Shown here: positions 19,729 through 30,593 of the stretch, in pieces
Layout of the letters: every line of letters begins with the position of its first letter
Position numbering within the stretch: position 1 is the first letter of the stretch
Assembly: GCA_043673925.1 (NCBI GenBank)
Contig: JBIMKC010000004.1
Location: forward strand, 1-44,901
Length of the DNA: 44,901 nt
DNA from: Chromatiales bacterium
Lineage (GTDB): Bacteria; Pseudomonadota; Gammaproteobacteria; JACCXJ01
Reading direction: 5' to 3'
Notes under the pieces: model-generated
What the model saw: only the letters and a program-made list of their open reading frames with translations
What the model was told of the DNA's origin: nothing
The model's database searches: none
Program-made: the position numbers and the translations under genes

Positions 19729-21831
19729 ATGCGCCTTGTAAAAAAATCATTCCAATACGGATCCCATGTTGTTGTTCTAGAGACAGGGGAAATCGCGCGC
19801 CAAGCTTCGGCGGCGGTGACAGTGAGCATGGGGGATACCGTGGTATTGGTTTCCGTGGTAGGAAACAAGGAACCGGTGCCGGGCCGGGATTTCTTCCCCC
19901 TAACCGTGGATTATCAGGAACGCACCTACGCGGCGGGCAAGATCCCTGGAGGGTTCTTCAAACGCGAGGGCCGTCCGAGCGAAAAAGAAACCCTCACCTC
20001 GAGGTTGATCGATCGGCCCTTGCGTCCGTTGTTTCCCGAGGGAATGACGAACGAGGTACAAATCATCGCCACGGTGCTATCGCTCGATCCCGAGATCGAT
20101 CCGGACATCCCAGCGCTCATCGGCGCGTCGGCGGCCGTAAGCATCTCGGGGATCCCGTTTAAGGGGCCGATTGGGGCAGCGCGCGTTGGCTATCTGGATG
20201 GAAACTATGTGCTCAATCCGACCTTCAGCCAGATCAAGTCGTCGCGCCTCCACCTCGTTGTGGCCGGCACCCAATCCTCGGTGCTCATGGTCGAATCGGA
20301 GGCCGATCAGCTCGCCGAGGATGTCATGCTGGGCGCGGTGATGTTCGGCCACGAACAGATGCAGGTCGTGATCCGTAACCTCCGGGAATTCGTCCATGAG
20401 GTAGCGCCGGTCCCCTGGACCTGGCAGCCCGCGGTACAGGACACGGCCCTGATGAGCGCGGTCGAATCACGGGTCGGGCAGGCTATTCGCGAGGCGTATG
20501 CGATCACCGATAAGCTCGCGCGCCGGAGCCGAATTAATGCCCTTCGCAAGCAGGCGCAGGAGACGCTCGGCGGGCCGGCGGACGGCGCTCCGTGGGCCGC
20601 GCAGGATCTCGTGAATGCGTTCGAGGAGATCGAACAGCGGGCCGTCCGGGGGATGATCCTTGATGAACGGCGCCGTATCGATGGCCGCGCCATGGATGCG
20701 GTTCGCCCGATCACTGTCCGCGTCGGGGTATTACCTCGCACGCACGGTTCGGCGCTGTTTACACGGGGCGAAACCCAGGCCTTGGTTATCACCGCCTTAG
20801 GAACGGGGCGGGATGCGCAGATCATCGACGCCATCGAGGGGGAGCGCAAGGAAGCCTTCATGTTGCATTATAACTTTCCGCCGTTTTGCGTCGGCGAGAC
20901 CGGGCGGGTGGGTTCACCCAAGCGGCGAGAGATTGGACACGGGCGGCTGGCGAAGCGAGGAATTCAAGCCGTGATGCCGGATGCTTCCGAGTTTCCATAC
21001 GTGGTTCGCGTAGTGTCAGAAATCACCGAGTCCAACGGCTCAAGCTCGATGGCTTCCGTGTGTGGAACCAGCCTGTCATTGATGGATGCCGGTGTCCCGC
21101 TCAAGGATGCGGTCGCCGGGATCGCAATGGGCCTCGTGAAGGAAGGTGAGCGGTTCGCGATATTATCCGACATCATGGGTGATGAGGATCATCTCGGCGA
21201 CATGGATTTCAAGGTTGCGGGAACGGCGCATGGCGTGACGGCGCTGCAGATGGACATCAAGATCGATGGGATCACCCGTGAAATCATGGATCTGGCGCTG
21301 CGGCAAGCCCATCAGGGCCGTTTGCATATACTTGAGCGAATGAACGCCGTGATCGCCAAACCGCGGCCGGAGATGTCGGAGTACGCGCCGAGGATTATCA
21401 CCATCAAGATCGACCCGGAGAAAATCCGGGACGTCATCGGTAAGGGCGGTTCGACGATTCGTGCCATCACCGAGCAGACCGGGGCCGTCATCGACATCAG
21501 CGACGATGGCACAGTGAAAATCGCCTCCATTGATAATGCCGCGGGGCAAGAGGCGCGGCGCCGCGTCGAGCAAATCACGGCCGACGTTCAAGTGGGCATG
21601 ATCTATGAGGGCCGGGTCGCCAAGCTTATGGACTTCGGTGCGTTCGTGACCATCTTGCCCGGGAAAGACGGCTTAGTGCATATATCGCAGATTTCCGACG
21701 AGCGCGTCGAAAACGTGAGTGACAAGCTGCGCGAGGGCGATACCGTGCAGGTAAAAGTGCTCGAGGTCGATAGGCAAGGGCGTATTCGCTTGAGCATGAA
21801 GGCGGTGAACGCCGGAGGGACGGCGAATTAA
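19729..21831 (+). CDS. pnp: Polyribonucleotide nucleotidyltransferase (PNPase)
   Basis: 700-aa ORF with two RNase PH domains, a KH domain ([15 protein letters not shown]) and an S1 domain ([13 protein letters not shown]). Confidence 0.97.
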   Translation: MRLVKKSFQYGSHVVVLETGEIARQASAAVTVSMGDTVVLVSVVGNKEPVPGRDFFPLTVDYQERTYAAGKIPGGFFKREGRPSEKETLTSRLIDRPLRPLFPEGMTNEVQIIATVLSLDPEIDPDIPALIGASAAVSISGIPFKGPIGAARVGYLDGNYVLNPTFSQIKSSRLHLVVAGTQSSVLMVESEADQLAEDVMLGAVMFGHEQMQVVIRNLREFVHEVAPVPWTWQPAVQDTALMSAVESRVGQAIREAYAITDKLARRSRINALRKQAQETLGGPADGAPWAAQDLVNAFEEIEQRAVRGMILDERRRIDGRAMDAVRPITVRVGVLPRTHGSALFTRGETQALVITALGTGRDAQIIDAIEGERKEAFMLHYNFPPFCVGETGRVGSPKRREIGHGRLAKRGIQAVMPDASEFPYVVRVVSEITESNGSSSMASVCGTSLSLMDAGVPLKDAVAGIAMGLVKEGERFAILSDIMGDEDHLGDMDFKVAGTAHGVTALQMDIKIDGITREIMDLALRQAHQGRLHILERMNAVIAKPRPEMSEYAPRIITIKIDPEKIRDVIGKGGSTIRAITEQTGAVIDISDDGTVKIASIDNAAGQEARRRVEQITADVQVGMIYEGRVAKLMDFGAFVTILPGKDGLVHISQISDERVENVSDKLREGDTVQVKVLEVDRQGRIRLSMKAVNAGGTAN

Positions 21832-21897
21832 AGCGCGGCGCGGTTTGGCTGCATAGAGCGGGGACAGAATGATTAAACTGAAGCGGTTAGGATCAAC

Positions 21898-22143
21898 ATG
21901 GTTAGCATTCGTTTGAGCCGGCACGGCACCAAGAAAAGGCCTTTCTACCACATCGTAGTCACCGACAGCCGCAACCAGCGCGACGGGCGTTACCTTGAGC
22001 GCGTCGGTTTCTTCGATCCGCTCGCGGCCTTGAGTGACAGCAGCCTGCGTATCGATAAGGAACGCGCCGGCTATTGGATTTCCAAGGGCGCCAAGGTTTC
22101 CGAGCGCGTCGCCACGTTGATGAAGCACGGTTCCGCTGCGTAA
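21898..22143 (+). CDS. rpsP: 30S ribosomal protein S16
   Basis: 81-aa ORF starting MVSIRLSRHGTKKRPFYHIVVTDSRNQRDGRYLERVGFFDP. Confidence 0.95.
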   Translation: MVSIRLSRHGTKKRPFYHIVVTDSRNQRDGRYLERVGFFDPLAALSDSSLRIDKERAGYWISKGAKVSERVATLMKHGSAA

Positions 22144-22166
22144 GGGTTCCCATCGCCGCGGTTAGA

Positions 22167-22688
22167 ATGCGCTCAGCCGTGGCAGGAGATGTTGACGGTT
22201 TCGTTGTCGTAGGCCGTTTCGTGGGGATCCACGGACTGCGAGGCGATGTTAAAGTTTTATCGTACACGCATCCGCGGGAAGGCATCTTGCGGTACGCGCC
22301 CTGGTATGGGTGCTTTGAGGGCGAATGGCGCGAAATAGCGCCTGGAAGCGCAACCGTCAAGGGTAAGGGATTGGTGGCGCGATTCGCGCACCATTCGGCC
22401 CCTGAAGACGGGCAGCGGCTCATGGGGGTCCCCATCGCCGTGCGCCGCAGCCAGTTTCCGGTACTGCCTCTTGGGGAGCATTATTGGCACGATCTCATCG
22501 GCCTTGACGCGGTCGCGGAGGATGGGGCGCCCCTCGGTCGGGTCGTGGATGTCATCGCGACCGGCGCCAACGATATACTTGTGGTTAGGGGACGCCGCGA
22601 GCACCTGATACCCTATGTACTCGGTATCTACGTGCAGCGCGTGGATTTGGAACATTCCCGGATCGAGATCAATTGGGACCCCGAGTAA
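22167..22688 (+). CDS. rimM: 16S rRNA processing protein RimM
   Basis: VVVGRFVGIHGLRGDVKV and a PRC-barrel C-terminus. ATG 22167 was chosen because the track start at 22074 overlaps rpsP. Confidence 0.88.
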   Translation: MRSAVAGDVDGFVVVGRFVGIHGLRGDVKVLSYTHPREGILRYAPWYGCFEGEWREIAPGSATVKGKGLVARFAHHSAPEDGQRLMGVPIAVRRSQFPVLPLGEHYWHDLIGLDAVAEDGAPLGRVVDVIATGANDILVVRGRREHLIPYVLGIYVQRVDLEHSRIEINWDPE

Positions 22689-22747
22689 TTAATTTTCAAA
22701 TCCCATCGCTAAGGTCCCTGCGGCAAGACTGCGGGGAATATATTTGA

Positions 22748-23527
22748 ATGCTACACCTTGGGGTCGTGACGCTATTTCCCGAGATGCTCCATGCGCTCAC
22801 GGGATATGGGATCAGCGGCCGAGCGGTCGAGCGGGGTCTGGTCCAACTGCGTCTCTGGGATCCTAGGGAGTTCACCCGCGACAAGCACCGCAGCGTCGAT
22901 GATCGCCCCTATGGCGGCGGGCCGGGCATGGTGATGATGTATGGGCCGCTGCGGGACGCGATCCGCGCCGCGGCGGCGTGGCTTGGGGATGACGCTTGGG
23001 TGGTCGCCATGACACCGCAAGGGCGGCGTTTGGAACAGACCTACCTGGCAGAATTGGTCGCGCGCGGCAAGTTGATGCTCGTGGCGGGCCGCTACGAGGG
23101 TATGGATGAACGCTTGATCGAGGCGGAAGTCGACGAGGAATGCTCGATTGGAGATTATGTCATCAGCGGGGGCGAGTTGGCTGCCATGGTGTTAATCGAC
23201 GCGCTGGTGCGCCTGTTACCGGGAGCCTTGGGTCACCAAGACTCGGCCCGCGAGGACTCATTTTACACCGGTCTCTTGGATTATCCCCACTACACCAGGC
23301 CGGAAAATATCGATGACAGGGCCGTGCCGCCGGTATTGCTCAGCGGCAACCACGAGGCGATCCGCCGCTGGCACTTAAAACAGGCCTTGGGACGAACCTG
23401 GTTACGGCGTCCGGATCTGCTTAAAAATAGGCCATTGCGGATCGAAGAGCAAGAATTGCTGGATGAATTTGTCACCGAACGGGCCGCCGAAACGGGTGGT
23501 AGCCGCGCCAATTTCAAGGGATCGTAA
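22748..23527 (+). CDS. trmD: tRNA (guanine37-N1)-methyltransferase
   Basis: 259-aa ORF with [31 protein letters not shown] and [16 protein letters not shown]. Confidence 0.95.
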   Translation: MLHLGVVTLFPEMLHALTGYGISGRAVERGLVQLRLWDPREFTRDKHRSVDDRPYGGGPGMVMMYGPLRDAIRAAAAWLGDDAWVVAMTPQGRRLEQTYLAELVARGKLMLVAGRYEGMDERLIEAEVDEECSIGDYVISGGELAAMVLIDALVRLLPGALGHQDSAREDSFYTGLLDYPHYTRPENIDDRAVPPVLLSGNHEAIRRWHLKQALGRTWLRRPDLLKNRPLRIEEQELLDEFVTERAAETGGSRANFKGS

Positions 23528-23579
23528 ACGCAAGGTGCGAGCATGCTAAGATAGCGATGAATCGGTAGGGAGTTCGCTC

Positions 23580-23933
23580 ATGAATCAGATAGTCAGCCAG
23601 TTAGAATCCGCGGCCATGGACCGCAAGGTGCCCGATTTTCGTCCGGGGGACACGGTCGTTGTCCAGGTGAAGGTCAAAGAGGGCGACAGGGAGCGCCTGC
23701 AAGCGTTCGAAGGGGTCGTGATCGCGAGGCGCAATCGTGGTTTTAACTCTTCACTCACGGTACGCAAGATATCGCACGGCGAAGGGGTGGAACGCGTGTT
23801 CCCCCTGTATAGCCCTCTGCTCCAGGACATCGTCGTTAAACGCCGTGGCGACGTGCGCCGGGCCAAGCTATATTACACGCGTAAACTAAGCGGTAAGGCC
23901 GCCAGAATTAAGGAAAAGATAAAGCGCCAATAG
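23580..23933 (+). CDS. rplS: 50S ribosomal protein L19
   Basis: 117-aa ORF with [35 protein letters not shown]. Confidence 0.96.
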   Translation: MNQIVSQLESAAMDRKVPDFRPGDTVVVQVKVKEGDRERLQAFEGVVIARRNRGFNSSLTVRKISHGEGVERVFPLYSPLLQDIVVKRRGDVRRAKLYYTRKLSGKAARIKEKIKRQ

Positions 23934-24134
23934 TGCGAACCTAGGCAATCGACGACGGCGTCTGCGATGCGGGGCGATGCTATGACGCGGTGCTAATGAT
24001 CCCGGTAGGATGCTTAGGGATCCGGATGCGAGGTGGGGCGCTGATCAGCTTAAGCTATTTGAGTCATCCGGTGGCGTGCCCGGTGCTCCCCTCGGACGAT
24101 CGATCACTTGAAATCAAGCGCTGGCTCCTCACCC

Positions 24135-25049
24135 ATGAAACCGGCGCCGGGTATTGAAACCGCGCTTGACGCGGCCGATGTGGCGGTCATCGGGCGTTTT
24201 CTCGATTGCCTCTGGATGGAACGCGGGCTAGCCAATCATACTCTAAGTGCCTATCGTTCGGATCTCACCGCCTTTAGCCGCTGGGTGAGAAAGGAGGCGC
24301 GCGAACTTCACTGCGTGGATCGTGGCGATTTGTTGCGATATCTCGGCAATGGCGTGTCGGCAAGGACCACGGCGCGCCGGCTATCGAGCTTGCGGGTCTT
24401 CTATCAGTACCTATCACGGTTAGGCTTGGTGAAGGAGGATCCCACGAATCGAGTGCAAGGACCGCGACTAGCGCGATCGCTGCCCGGAACCTTGTCGGAA
24501 GCGGAGGTGGATGCCCTGCTGCGGGCGCCCGATGGCGACAAGCCCATCGGCATGCGCGACCAAGCGATGCTTGAGCTAATCTACGCAACGGGTTTGCGGG
24601 TGTCGGAGTTGGTCACGCTCACCTGCAGCCAGATCAATCTACGGCAAGGTGTGTTGCGCGTGACGGGCAAGGGGAATAAGGAACGGCTGGTGCCGATGGG
24701 AGAGACCGCATTGGGCATTATCAGCCGGTATCTAGATCTCGCGCGCCCGGCGCTGCTGGCGGGCGGGGGGGCGGAGGTCTTGTTCATAAAAAAGTGCGGT
24801 CAAGGCATCACGCGCCAGGCTTTCTGGAAAATGGTTAAGCGGTATGCATGGCAGGCTGGAATTCACAAATCTATTTCTCCGCACACCTTGCGGCATGCGT
24901 TCGCGACTCACCTTTTGAATCACGGCGCCGATCTTCGCGTCGTGCAACTCCTCCTCGGACATAGCGACATCGCGACGACACAAATCTATACCCACGTGGC
25001 GCGAAGCCGGCTCAAGGAACTGCACGCGGCGCACCATCCGCGCGGTTAG
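24135..25049 (+). CDS. xerD: Site-specific tyrosine recombinase XerD
   Basis: FLDCLWMERGLANHTLSAYRSDL at the N-terminus. Catalytic R..HxxR..Y context in the C-terminus: LRHAFATHLL, GHSDIATTQIYTHV. ATG 24135 is preferred to the track start 24108. Confidence 0.9.
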   Translation: MKPAPGIETALDAADVAVIGRFLDCLWMERGLANHTLSAYRSDLTAFSRWVRKEARELHCVDRGDLLRYLGNGVSARTTARRLSSLRVFYQYLSRLGLVKEDPTNRVQGPRLARSLPGTLSEAEVDALLRAPDGDKPIGMRDQAMLELIYATGLRVSELVTLTCSQINLRQGVLRVTGKGNKERLVPMGETALGIISRYLDLARPALLAGGGAEVLFIKKCGQGITRQAFWKMVKRYAWQAGIHKSISPHTLRHAFATHLLNHGADLRVVQLLLGHSDIATTQIYTHVARSRLKELHAAHHPRG

Positions 25050-25235
25050 CAGTAGCCTTAAATTCAGAAGTCCTGGCTCTTTTGCGGGTGTATATCGGCT
25101 GTTACACGGGTCCTTTTAGACACGTTCACGCCTTCCGCGCCAACTGAATGTGCCGGGCGTGATAGGAACATACTTAACTAACATCGGGTCAGAAGGGAGT
25201 ACCCCGTCTGGGGGAACATAAGCGAGGAATATGAG

Positions 25236-25958
25236 ATGCGTATACCAATGGCCATCGTAGCGGGAGCCGTGTCCGTCGCACATGCCGCCGTCTTAGCGGA
25301 TACCTCGGTGGAACAAAGGCTTAGGTCTGTTCTTAGCGAAGCCTTACCAGGGATCGAGATAGCGTCGATACGCCCGGCGCCGCTCAAGGGGATGCACGAA
25401 GTCGTGCTCGGAGGAGAGGTGATCTATGTTTCCGATAACGGACGCTTCATATTAAAAGGCGATCTGATGGATCTCAAGGACAAAAGGAATATCAGCGACG
25501 AGCGGCGGGCCCAGGCGCGGATTACAGGCTTAAAGGCAGTCCCACCCAATACCATGATCGAGTTTGCGCCGCCGGACACCCAGCACGTGTTGTACGTGTA
25601 TACCGATGTCGATTGCGGCTACTGCCGTAAATTCCACCAGGAAGTCGGGGCCTTGAACGCGGCAGGTATCGCGGTCCGGTATCTCGCATTTCCACGCGCG
25701 GGCGTAGGTTCGGAATCCTTCAAGAAATCGGAATCGGTCTGGTGTGCTGCGGACAGAAAAGCGTCCCTTACCGAGGCCAAAGCCGGCAAGCCCGTGCCAG
25801 CGGCGACTTGCGATAATCCTGTTAAGACGCATTACGAGCTCGGAACGCACATGGGGGTGAGAGGTACGCCCGCCCTCATCAGCGAAGACGGGCAGGAGTT
25901 GGGAGGCTACGTTCCGGCGGAGCAACTGATTCAATATGTAAGGAAGGGCCGGTCGTAA
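25236..25958 (+). CDS. dsbC: Periplasmic thiol:disulfide interchange protein DsbC (or DsbG-like)
   Basis: Signal peptide, N-terminal dimerisation domain and a CGYC active site. The xerD-dsbC adjacency matches E. coli. Confidence 0.82.
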   Translation: MRIPMAIVAGAVSVAHAAVLADTSVEQRLRSVLSEALPGIEIASIRPAPLKGMHEVVLGGEVIYVSDNGRFILKGDLMDLKDKRNISDERRAQARITGLKAVPPNTMIEFAPPDTQHVLYVYTDVDCGYCRKFHQEVGALNAAGIAVRYLAFPRAGVGSESFKKSESVWCAADRKASLTEAKAGKPVPAATCDNPVKTHYELGTHMGVRGTPALISEDGQELGGYVPAEQLIQYVRKGRS

Positions 25959-26000
25959 CCACCGAACGGCGAGCCGGCGCAGCTGCGGAACCGTACCCGC

Positions 26001-26744
26001 TCAGCGCGTTATTGATTCGTCGCGCCGGGGGTTTTCGGGAATACCACTACCCCGTTCGATAAGCGCCGTGATGCGCCTACCGTTTCTCGACGTGGTGTCC
26101 ACGCGCACGGGTAAATACCGCCACTGAATCGCGCACCAGAACGTTGTCGAGCGCTTACTCTTTCCTTGCCGCCGTTCGAGTCTGACGGCGCGTATCTGTC
26201 CGAGCGGCGTGTCCACCACTTCCTCCCCGAGATACGCAAAACGGTAATCCTTGATTTCGCCGCCATCGACAATTTGATAGGCGAGGACTCGCTTTCCGGC
26301 GGCGAGATCGCGCATGATGGCGATCTGGTATACCAATTTGTCGAATAGGTTCGGCGTCAAGCGTAAACGCCAACTCTTGTTATCCTCGCTGTTATCAATC
26401 GTCTTGGCGCGCCAGTCGAAACGTACGGTTTGGACGCTGTTTTTGCTGCCGCTTTGACGATAGATGTAGCGTAGCGGATGGATGTCTTCTCCGGAGAGTA
26501 ACCAGGTGCTCTTTTCGATCACATGATCGTTAACAAAGAGCGCAAGGATCCCGCTGGAGCGGCTTTCGGAACGAAAAACATACCGCCCGTTTCTGTCTTT
26601 CTCGAGTGCACGCACGGACTCGCCCACCTTTAGACCGTTCGTGTGCAACGAATAGGAGACCGAGAAGGGTTGCGGGATTTCAGCTAGCGCCGTGAGCGAA
26701 ACGAGAAGGTTGATGGACGTCGCGCGGAGGTAGGATCGAAGCAT
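26001..26744 (-). CDS. DUF3108-like exported protein of unknown function
   Basis: 247-aa ORF with an N-terminal signal-like segment. The beta-rich repeat pattern resembles the DUF3108 family by eye. Visibly more AT-rich than its neighbours. Confidence 0.55.
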   Translation of the reverse strand: MLRSYLRATSINLLVSLTALAEIPQPFSVSYSLHTNGLKVGESVRALEKDRNGRYVFRSESRSSGILALFVNDHVIEKSTWLLSGEDIHPLRYIYRQSGSKNSVQTVRFDWRAKTIDNSEDNKSWRLRLTPNLFDKLVYQIAIMRDLAAGKRVLAYQIVDGGEIKDYRFAYLGEEVVDTPLGQIRAVRLERRQGKSKRSTTFWCAIQWRYLPVRVDTTSRNGRRITALIERGSGIPENPRRDESITR

Positions 26745-26932
26745 GACTTTAGTTAAGGGCCGACGATTCGGCTAGGTCGGTACCACTCTAAGAGTATCTC
26801 GTGGCCGCTGCAAGTCGGCTACGATCAGACTTCGGTATGCTTCGATTAGCCGACCGCCGCCAGGCTGTATGGTACTATTCCCGCAGTCCATTCGAGCTGT
26901 TAGATCTCCTTAGCGACGACAAGCCGATAGCG

Positions 26933-28369
26933 ATGGTATCCCTCTCCTTCCATACGGCCTCGGTTTTGGTGGTTGGCGATATCATTCTCGACCGTTATTG
27001 GTCGGGGGCAACCACTCGTGTGTCGCCCGAGGCGCCGGTACCCGTCGTGCGCATCACGGACAGCGAGGATCGTCCCGGCGGGGCCGCCAACGTCGCCGTG
27101 AATGTGGCGAGCCTTGGAGCCCGCGTCACGCTCATCGGGATCACCGGCGTCGACGAAGCCGCGCAGCGGGTCTTGGAACAGCTCCAAAAGCACCGCGTCA
27201 TTTGTGCCCTGACCCGCGTGGAAGGATTCACCACGGTCACCAAACTACGCGTACTGAGCCAGCACCAGCAGTTGCTACGGCTCGATTTTGAGGATCCGTC
27301 AGCCATACCGAAGCGCGATGGACCTACACATGATTATTGTCATCACCTTCCCGGCGCGGACATCGTGATATTGTCAGACTACGCCAAAGGGGCTTTAACG
27401 GATGCGCATACCCTAATAAAGCTCGCCCGTGACGCTGGAAAGCCGGTCGTGGTCGACCCGAAGGGCCGTGATTTTACCCGCTACGCGGGCGCCACTATCG
27501 TGACACCGAACCTGAAGGAATTCTGCGCCGTTGTCGGTCCCTGCGCGAGCCAGGATGAGATCATCGCCAAGGCGCGCGACCTCTGCTCCGCCATGGATCT
27601 CGAAGCCTTGTTGGTTACGCGCGGAGAGCATGGCATGACGCTCGTTCCGCGCCACGGCGAAGCGTGCCATTTGGAGGCCAAAGCGCGCGCCGTGTACGAT
27701 ATCACCGGCGCCGGGGATACCGTGGTTGCCGTCTTGGCCACAGCCCTTGCCGCGCGGTTCGACCTGCCACGCGCGACCGCGCTGGCGAACGTGGCCGCCG
27801 GCCTGGTCGTGGCGAAGCTCGGCGCGGCCGCGGTCACGGCAGCGGAGATCGAGGCGTCTTGGAACGGGGCCGGCGCTACGGACGCCGCCGTTGTGACGGA
27901 AGAGGCCTTAATCGAGCGCATCGCGCTCGCCCGCGGGCGTGGCGAACGCATCGTCATGACCAACGGTTGCTTCGATGTCTTGCACGCGGGTCACGTGCGC
28001 TATCTCGATGAGGCGCGAAAATTGGGATCCCGCTTGGTCGTCGCGGTGAACGACGATGCCTCGGTAGCCCGCCTCAAAGGCGCGGGCCGGCCGGTGAATC
28101 CGCTCGCGCAGCGCATCGCGGTGCTTGCGGCGCTGAAGCCGGTGGATTGGGTGGTGCCATTCTCGGAAGACACCCCGAGGCGAATAATCTGCCGCGTTTC
28201 ACCCGACGTGCTGGTCAAGGGCGGTGACTATGCCATTGCCGAGATCGCCGGGCATGACTGCGTCATCGCCGCGGGCGGGCAAGTGGTGACCCTGCGTTAC
28301 CAAGAAGGGTGTTCGACGTCGAAGCTCCTCTCGGAGTTGGCGCGCTTGCGCGAGGCCGAGCCGCTTTGA
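26933..28369 (+). CDS. hldE: Bifunctional D-beta-D-heptose 7-phosphate kinase / D-beta-D-heptose 1-phosphate adenylyltransferase
   Basis: N-terminal PfkB kinase domain (VLVVGDIILDRYW, DITGAGDT) and C-terminal cytidylyltransferase domain (TNGCFDVLHAGHVRYL). ATG 26933 is preferred over the track start 26801. Confidence 0.93.
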   Translation: MVSLSFHTASVLVVGDIILDRYWSGATTRVSPEAPVPVVRITDSEDRPGGAANVAVNVASLGARVTLIGITGVDEAAQRVLEQLQKHRVICALTRVEGFTTVTKLRVLSQHQQLLRLDFEDPSAIPKRDGPTHDYCHHLPGADIVILSDYAKGALTDAHTLIKLARDAGKPVVVDPKGRDFTRYAGATIVTPNLKEFCAVVGPCASQDEIIAKARDLCSAMDLEALLVTRGEHGMTLVPRHGEACHLEAKARAVYDITGAGDTVVAVLATALAARFDLPRATALANVAAGLVVAKLGAAAVTAAEIEASWNGAGATDAAVVTEEALIERIALARGRGERIVMTNGCFDVLHAGHVRYLDEARKLGSRLVVAVNDDASVARLKGAGRPVNPLAQRIAVLAALKPVDWVVPFSEDTPRRIICRVSPDVLVKGGDYAIAEIAGHDCVIAAGGQVVTLRYQEGCSTSKLLSELARLREAEPL

Positions 28370-29343
28370 TCCTGGTCACCGGCGGCGCCGGTTTTATTGG
28401 CAGTCAACTCATTAAAGGGCTGAATGCCAAAGGCCACGAGGACATCCTGGTGGTCGATAACCTCGAACGCGGAGAAAAGTTCAAAAACCTAACCCGCTGT
28501 CGGATCCGGGATTATTGGGACAAGGATGATTCCATCGCCGAGTTGCGAAGCAATCTCAAGCTGGGTGTTTGTCCAGAAATCGTATTCCATTGCGGCGCCT
28601 GCACCGTAACCACCCTCTGGGACGGGCGCTACATGATGCGCAACAACTATCATTATTCCAAGGAGTTGCTCGAGTACTGCCTGGAACGTGGGGTACGGAT
28701 GATTTACGCCTCGAGCGCGGCCGTCTATGGACACAGCCAGGCGTTTTCAGAATCGCAATCAGCGCTGATCCCGCTCAATGTTTACGGGTACTCCAAGCTG
28801 CTCTTCGATGACTATGTCCGGCGCCGGCTGCCCGAGATCCGAACGCAGGTAGTGGGGCTGCGGTTATTTAACGTTTATGGCCCGGGCGAGGGCCATAAAG
28901 GGCCGATGGCGAGCCTCGTTTATCATCTCGATCGCCAGTTGCGGGAGCACGGAGCGGTGCGATTATTTTCTGGCAGCCACGGCTTCGGCGACGGCGAACA
29001 GCGGCGCGATTTCGTCTATATCGACGATGTTGTCACCGTGTGCCTATGGTTCCTGGAGCACCGCGAGCCTTCCGGCATTTTCAACCTCGGCAGCGGCAGC
29101 GGCCGATCGTTTAATGAACTGGCCCGGGCGGTCACGGCGTGGCACGGGAAAGGAACGATAGAGTATATTCCCTTCCCCAAGGAGCTGACCGACCATTATC
29201 AGCCGTTTACCGAGGCCGATCTCGGCGCGCTCCGGGCGCTCGGTTACGACCGGCCCTTTATCGCCCTGGAAGAAGGCGTGCACAAATACCTCGATTGGCT
29301 GAACGCTTGCGGCGGATCTATACCCTCGTCCTCTATCTCCTGA
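28366..29343 (+). CDS. hldD: ADP-L-glycero-D-manno-heptose 6-epimerase
   Basis: LILVTGGAGFIGSQLIKGLN aligns with E. coli HldD MIIVTGGAGFIGSN. A TTG start at 28366 overlaps the hldE TGA. SSAAVYG..YGYSK motif. Confidence 0.88.
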   Translation: MILVTGGAGFIGSQLIKGLNAKGHEDILVVDNLERGEKFKNLTRCRIRDYWDKDDSIAELRSNLKLGVCPEIVFHCGACTVTTLWDGRYMMRNNYHYSKELLEYCLERGVRMIYASSAAVYGHSQAFSESQSALIPLNVYGYSKLLFDDYVRRRLPEIRTQVVGLRLFNVYGPGEGHKGPMASLVYHLDRQLREHGAVRLFSGSHGFGDGEQRRDFVYIDDVVTVCLWFLEHREPSGIFNLGSGSGRSFNELARAVTAWHGKGTIEYIPFPKELTDHYQPFTEADLGALRALGYDRPFIALEEGVHKYLDWLNACGGSIPSSSIS

Positions 29344-30593
29344 CGCCGTTGTTATTGGTCCGGCTTGCGCTTCTAGGCGTGCGCAACCGTGGCTATTGGG
29401 AGCGCTGGCGGGAACGCCTGGGCTTTGTGCCGGCGCTCCCAGCGGCTGGACCCAACCTGTGGGTACACGCGGTCTCGGTTGGCGAGGCGCAAGCGGCTTC
29501 CGCGCTGGTGCATGCACTGCGGGCGCGCATCTCGCCGATGACGATCATGGTGACCACCACGACCCCCACCGGAGCGGCCACGGTGCGCCGCCTGTTTCGG
29601 GATGAGGTACGGCATTGCTACCTGCCCTTCGATCTCCCCACCGCGTTAGCGCGCTTTATCGAACGAGCTCGCCCCGCCGCCTTGGTGATCATGGAAACCG
29701 AGCTGTGGCCCAATCTATTGCACTGCTGCCGCCGCGCGCGAATCCCCGTGCTCATCGCCAACGCGCGGTTGTCAGAGCGATCGTTCTCCCGGTACCGGCG
29801 CTGGCCGGCCAGCGTGCGCGGGATGTTGGCGGCGGTCACCGCGGTCGCCGCGCAGTCGCGGGCCGATGCCGAGCGGTTCATGGCGCTCGGCGCGGCCGTG
29901 TCTCGGGTGCATGTCACCGGAAACATCAAGTTCGACGTCACTGGCCCGGGCGATCTCCAAGACCGCGCCTTGCGGTTGAAGCAAGAACTCGCTCCCGGCC
30001 GGCGGGTATGGATGGCTGCCAGCACCCACGAAGGTGAAGAAGCGGCGGTGTTGTCGGCGTTCGCTGTCCTGCGCCAGCGCGATCCGGGACTGCTGCTGGT
30101 GCTGACTCCGCGTCACCCCGAGCGTTTTGGAAAGGTCTTTGATCTCTGCCGGCAGCGTGGCTTCGCGACTACGAGGCGCACCGCCCCTTCGAGCGAGCGG
30201 CCGGACGTGTTTCTCGCGGACACGATGGGAGAGCTGCCGTTATTCTACGCGCTTTCGGAGGTGGCCTTCGTAGGCGGCAGCCTCGTGGCCGTGGGTGGTC
30301 ACAATCCTGTCGAGCCCGCCGCTCTTGGGATCCCCGTCGTCACCGGCCCGCATATCTTCAATTTCACCGCCGTGTATGGTCTTCTTACCGATTCCCAGGC
30401 CGCGTGGGTGGTCAATGATGCGGACGAGCTTCTGTCCCGGCTCCTGATCTTGCTCGCCGATTCCGACTTGCGCGCAACCGCCGGGCGCCGCGCTCAAGCG
30501 GTGGTGGCCGAGAACCGCGGCGCCGTGGACCGCGTCATGGAGATCTTGGTGCCCCTGATGGAGCCGCCGGCAAACCAATCAGTCGCGGATTAA
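29307..30593 (+). CDS. waaA: 3-deoxy-D-manno-octulosonic acid (Kdo) transferase
   Basis: (M)RRIYTLVLYLLTPLL...WVHAVSVGE aligns with the E. coli WaaA N-terminus. The start is uncertain (TTG 29307 or TTG 29295). The track start at 29139 lies deep inside hldD. Confidence 0.85.
   Translation: MRRIYTLVLYLLTPLLLVRLALLGVRNRGYWERWRERLGFVPALPAAGPNLWVHAVSVGEAQAASALVHALRARISPMTIMVTTTTPTGAATVRRLFRDEVRHCYLPFDLPTALARFIERARPAALVIMETELWPNLLHCCRRARIPVLIANARLSERSFSRYRRWPASVRGMLAAVTAVAAQSRADAERFMALGAAVSRVHVTGNIKFDVTGPGDLQDRALRLKQELAPGRRVWMAASTHEGEEAAVLSAFAVLRQRDPGLLLVLTPRHPERFGKVFDLCRQRGFATTRRTAPSSERPDVFLADTMGELPLFYALSEVAFVGGSLVAVGGHNPVEPAALGIPVVTGPHIFNFTAVYGLLTDSQAAWVVNDADELLSRLLILLADSDLRATAGRRAQAVVAENRGAVDRVMEILVPLMEPPANQSVAD

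Noticed and set aside
22074-22166. N-terminal extensions of track ORFs: rimM 22074, rpsO 19351, truB 18336, xerD 24108, hldE 26801, hldD 28309, waaA 29139, TraB/GumN 32892, DUF1841 37260
   Set aside because: The extensions overlap the preceding conserved gene or add non-homologous residues. Alignment to known N-termini supports the internal starts used in the feature table.
24135-25049. Tyrosine recombinase as a marker of an integrated mobile element
   Set aside because: It has full-length XerD-type sequence with the conserved xerD-dsbC neighbourhood. There is no attachment-site repeat, tRNA target or phage/IS gene nearby.
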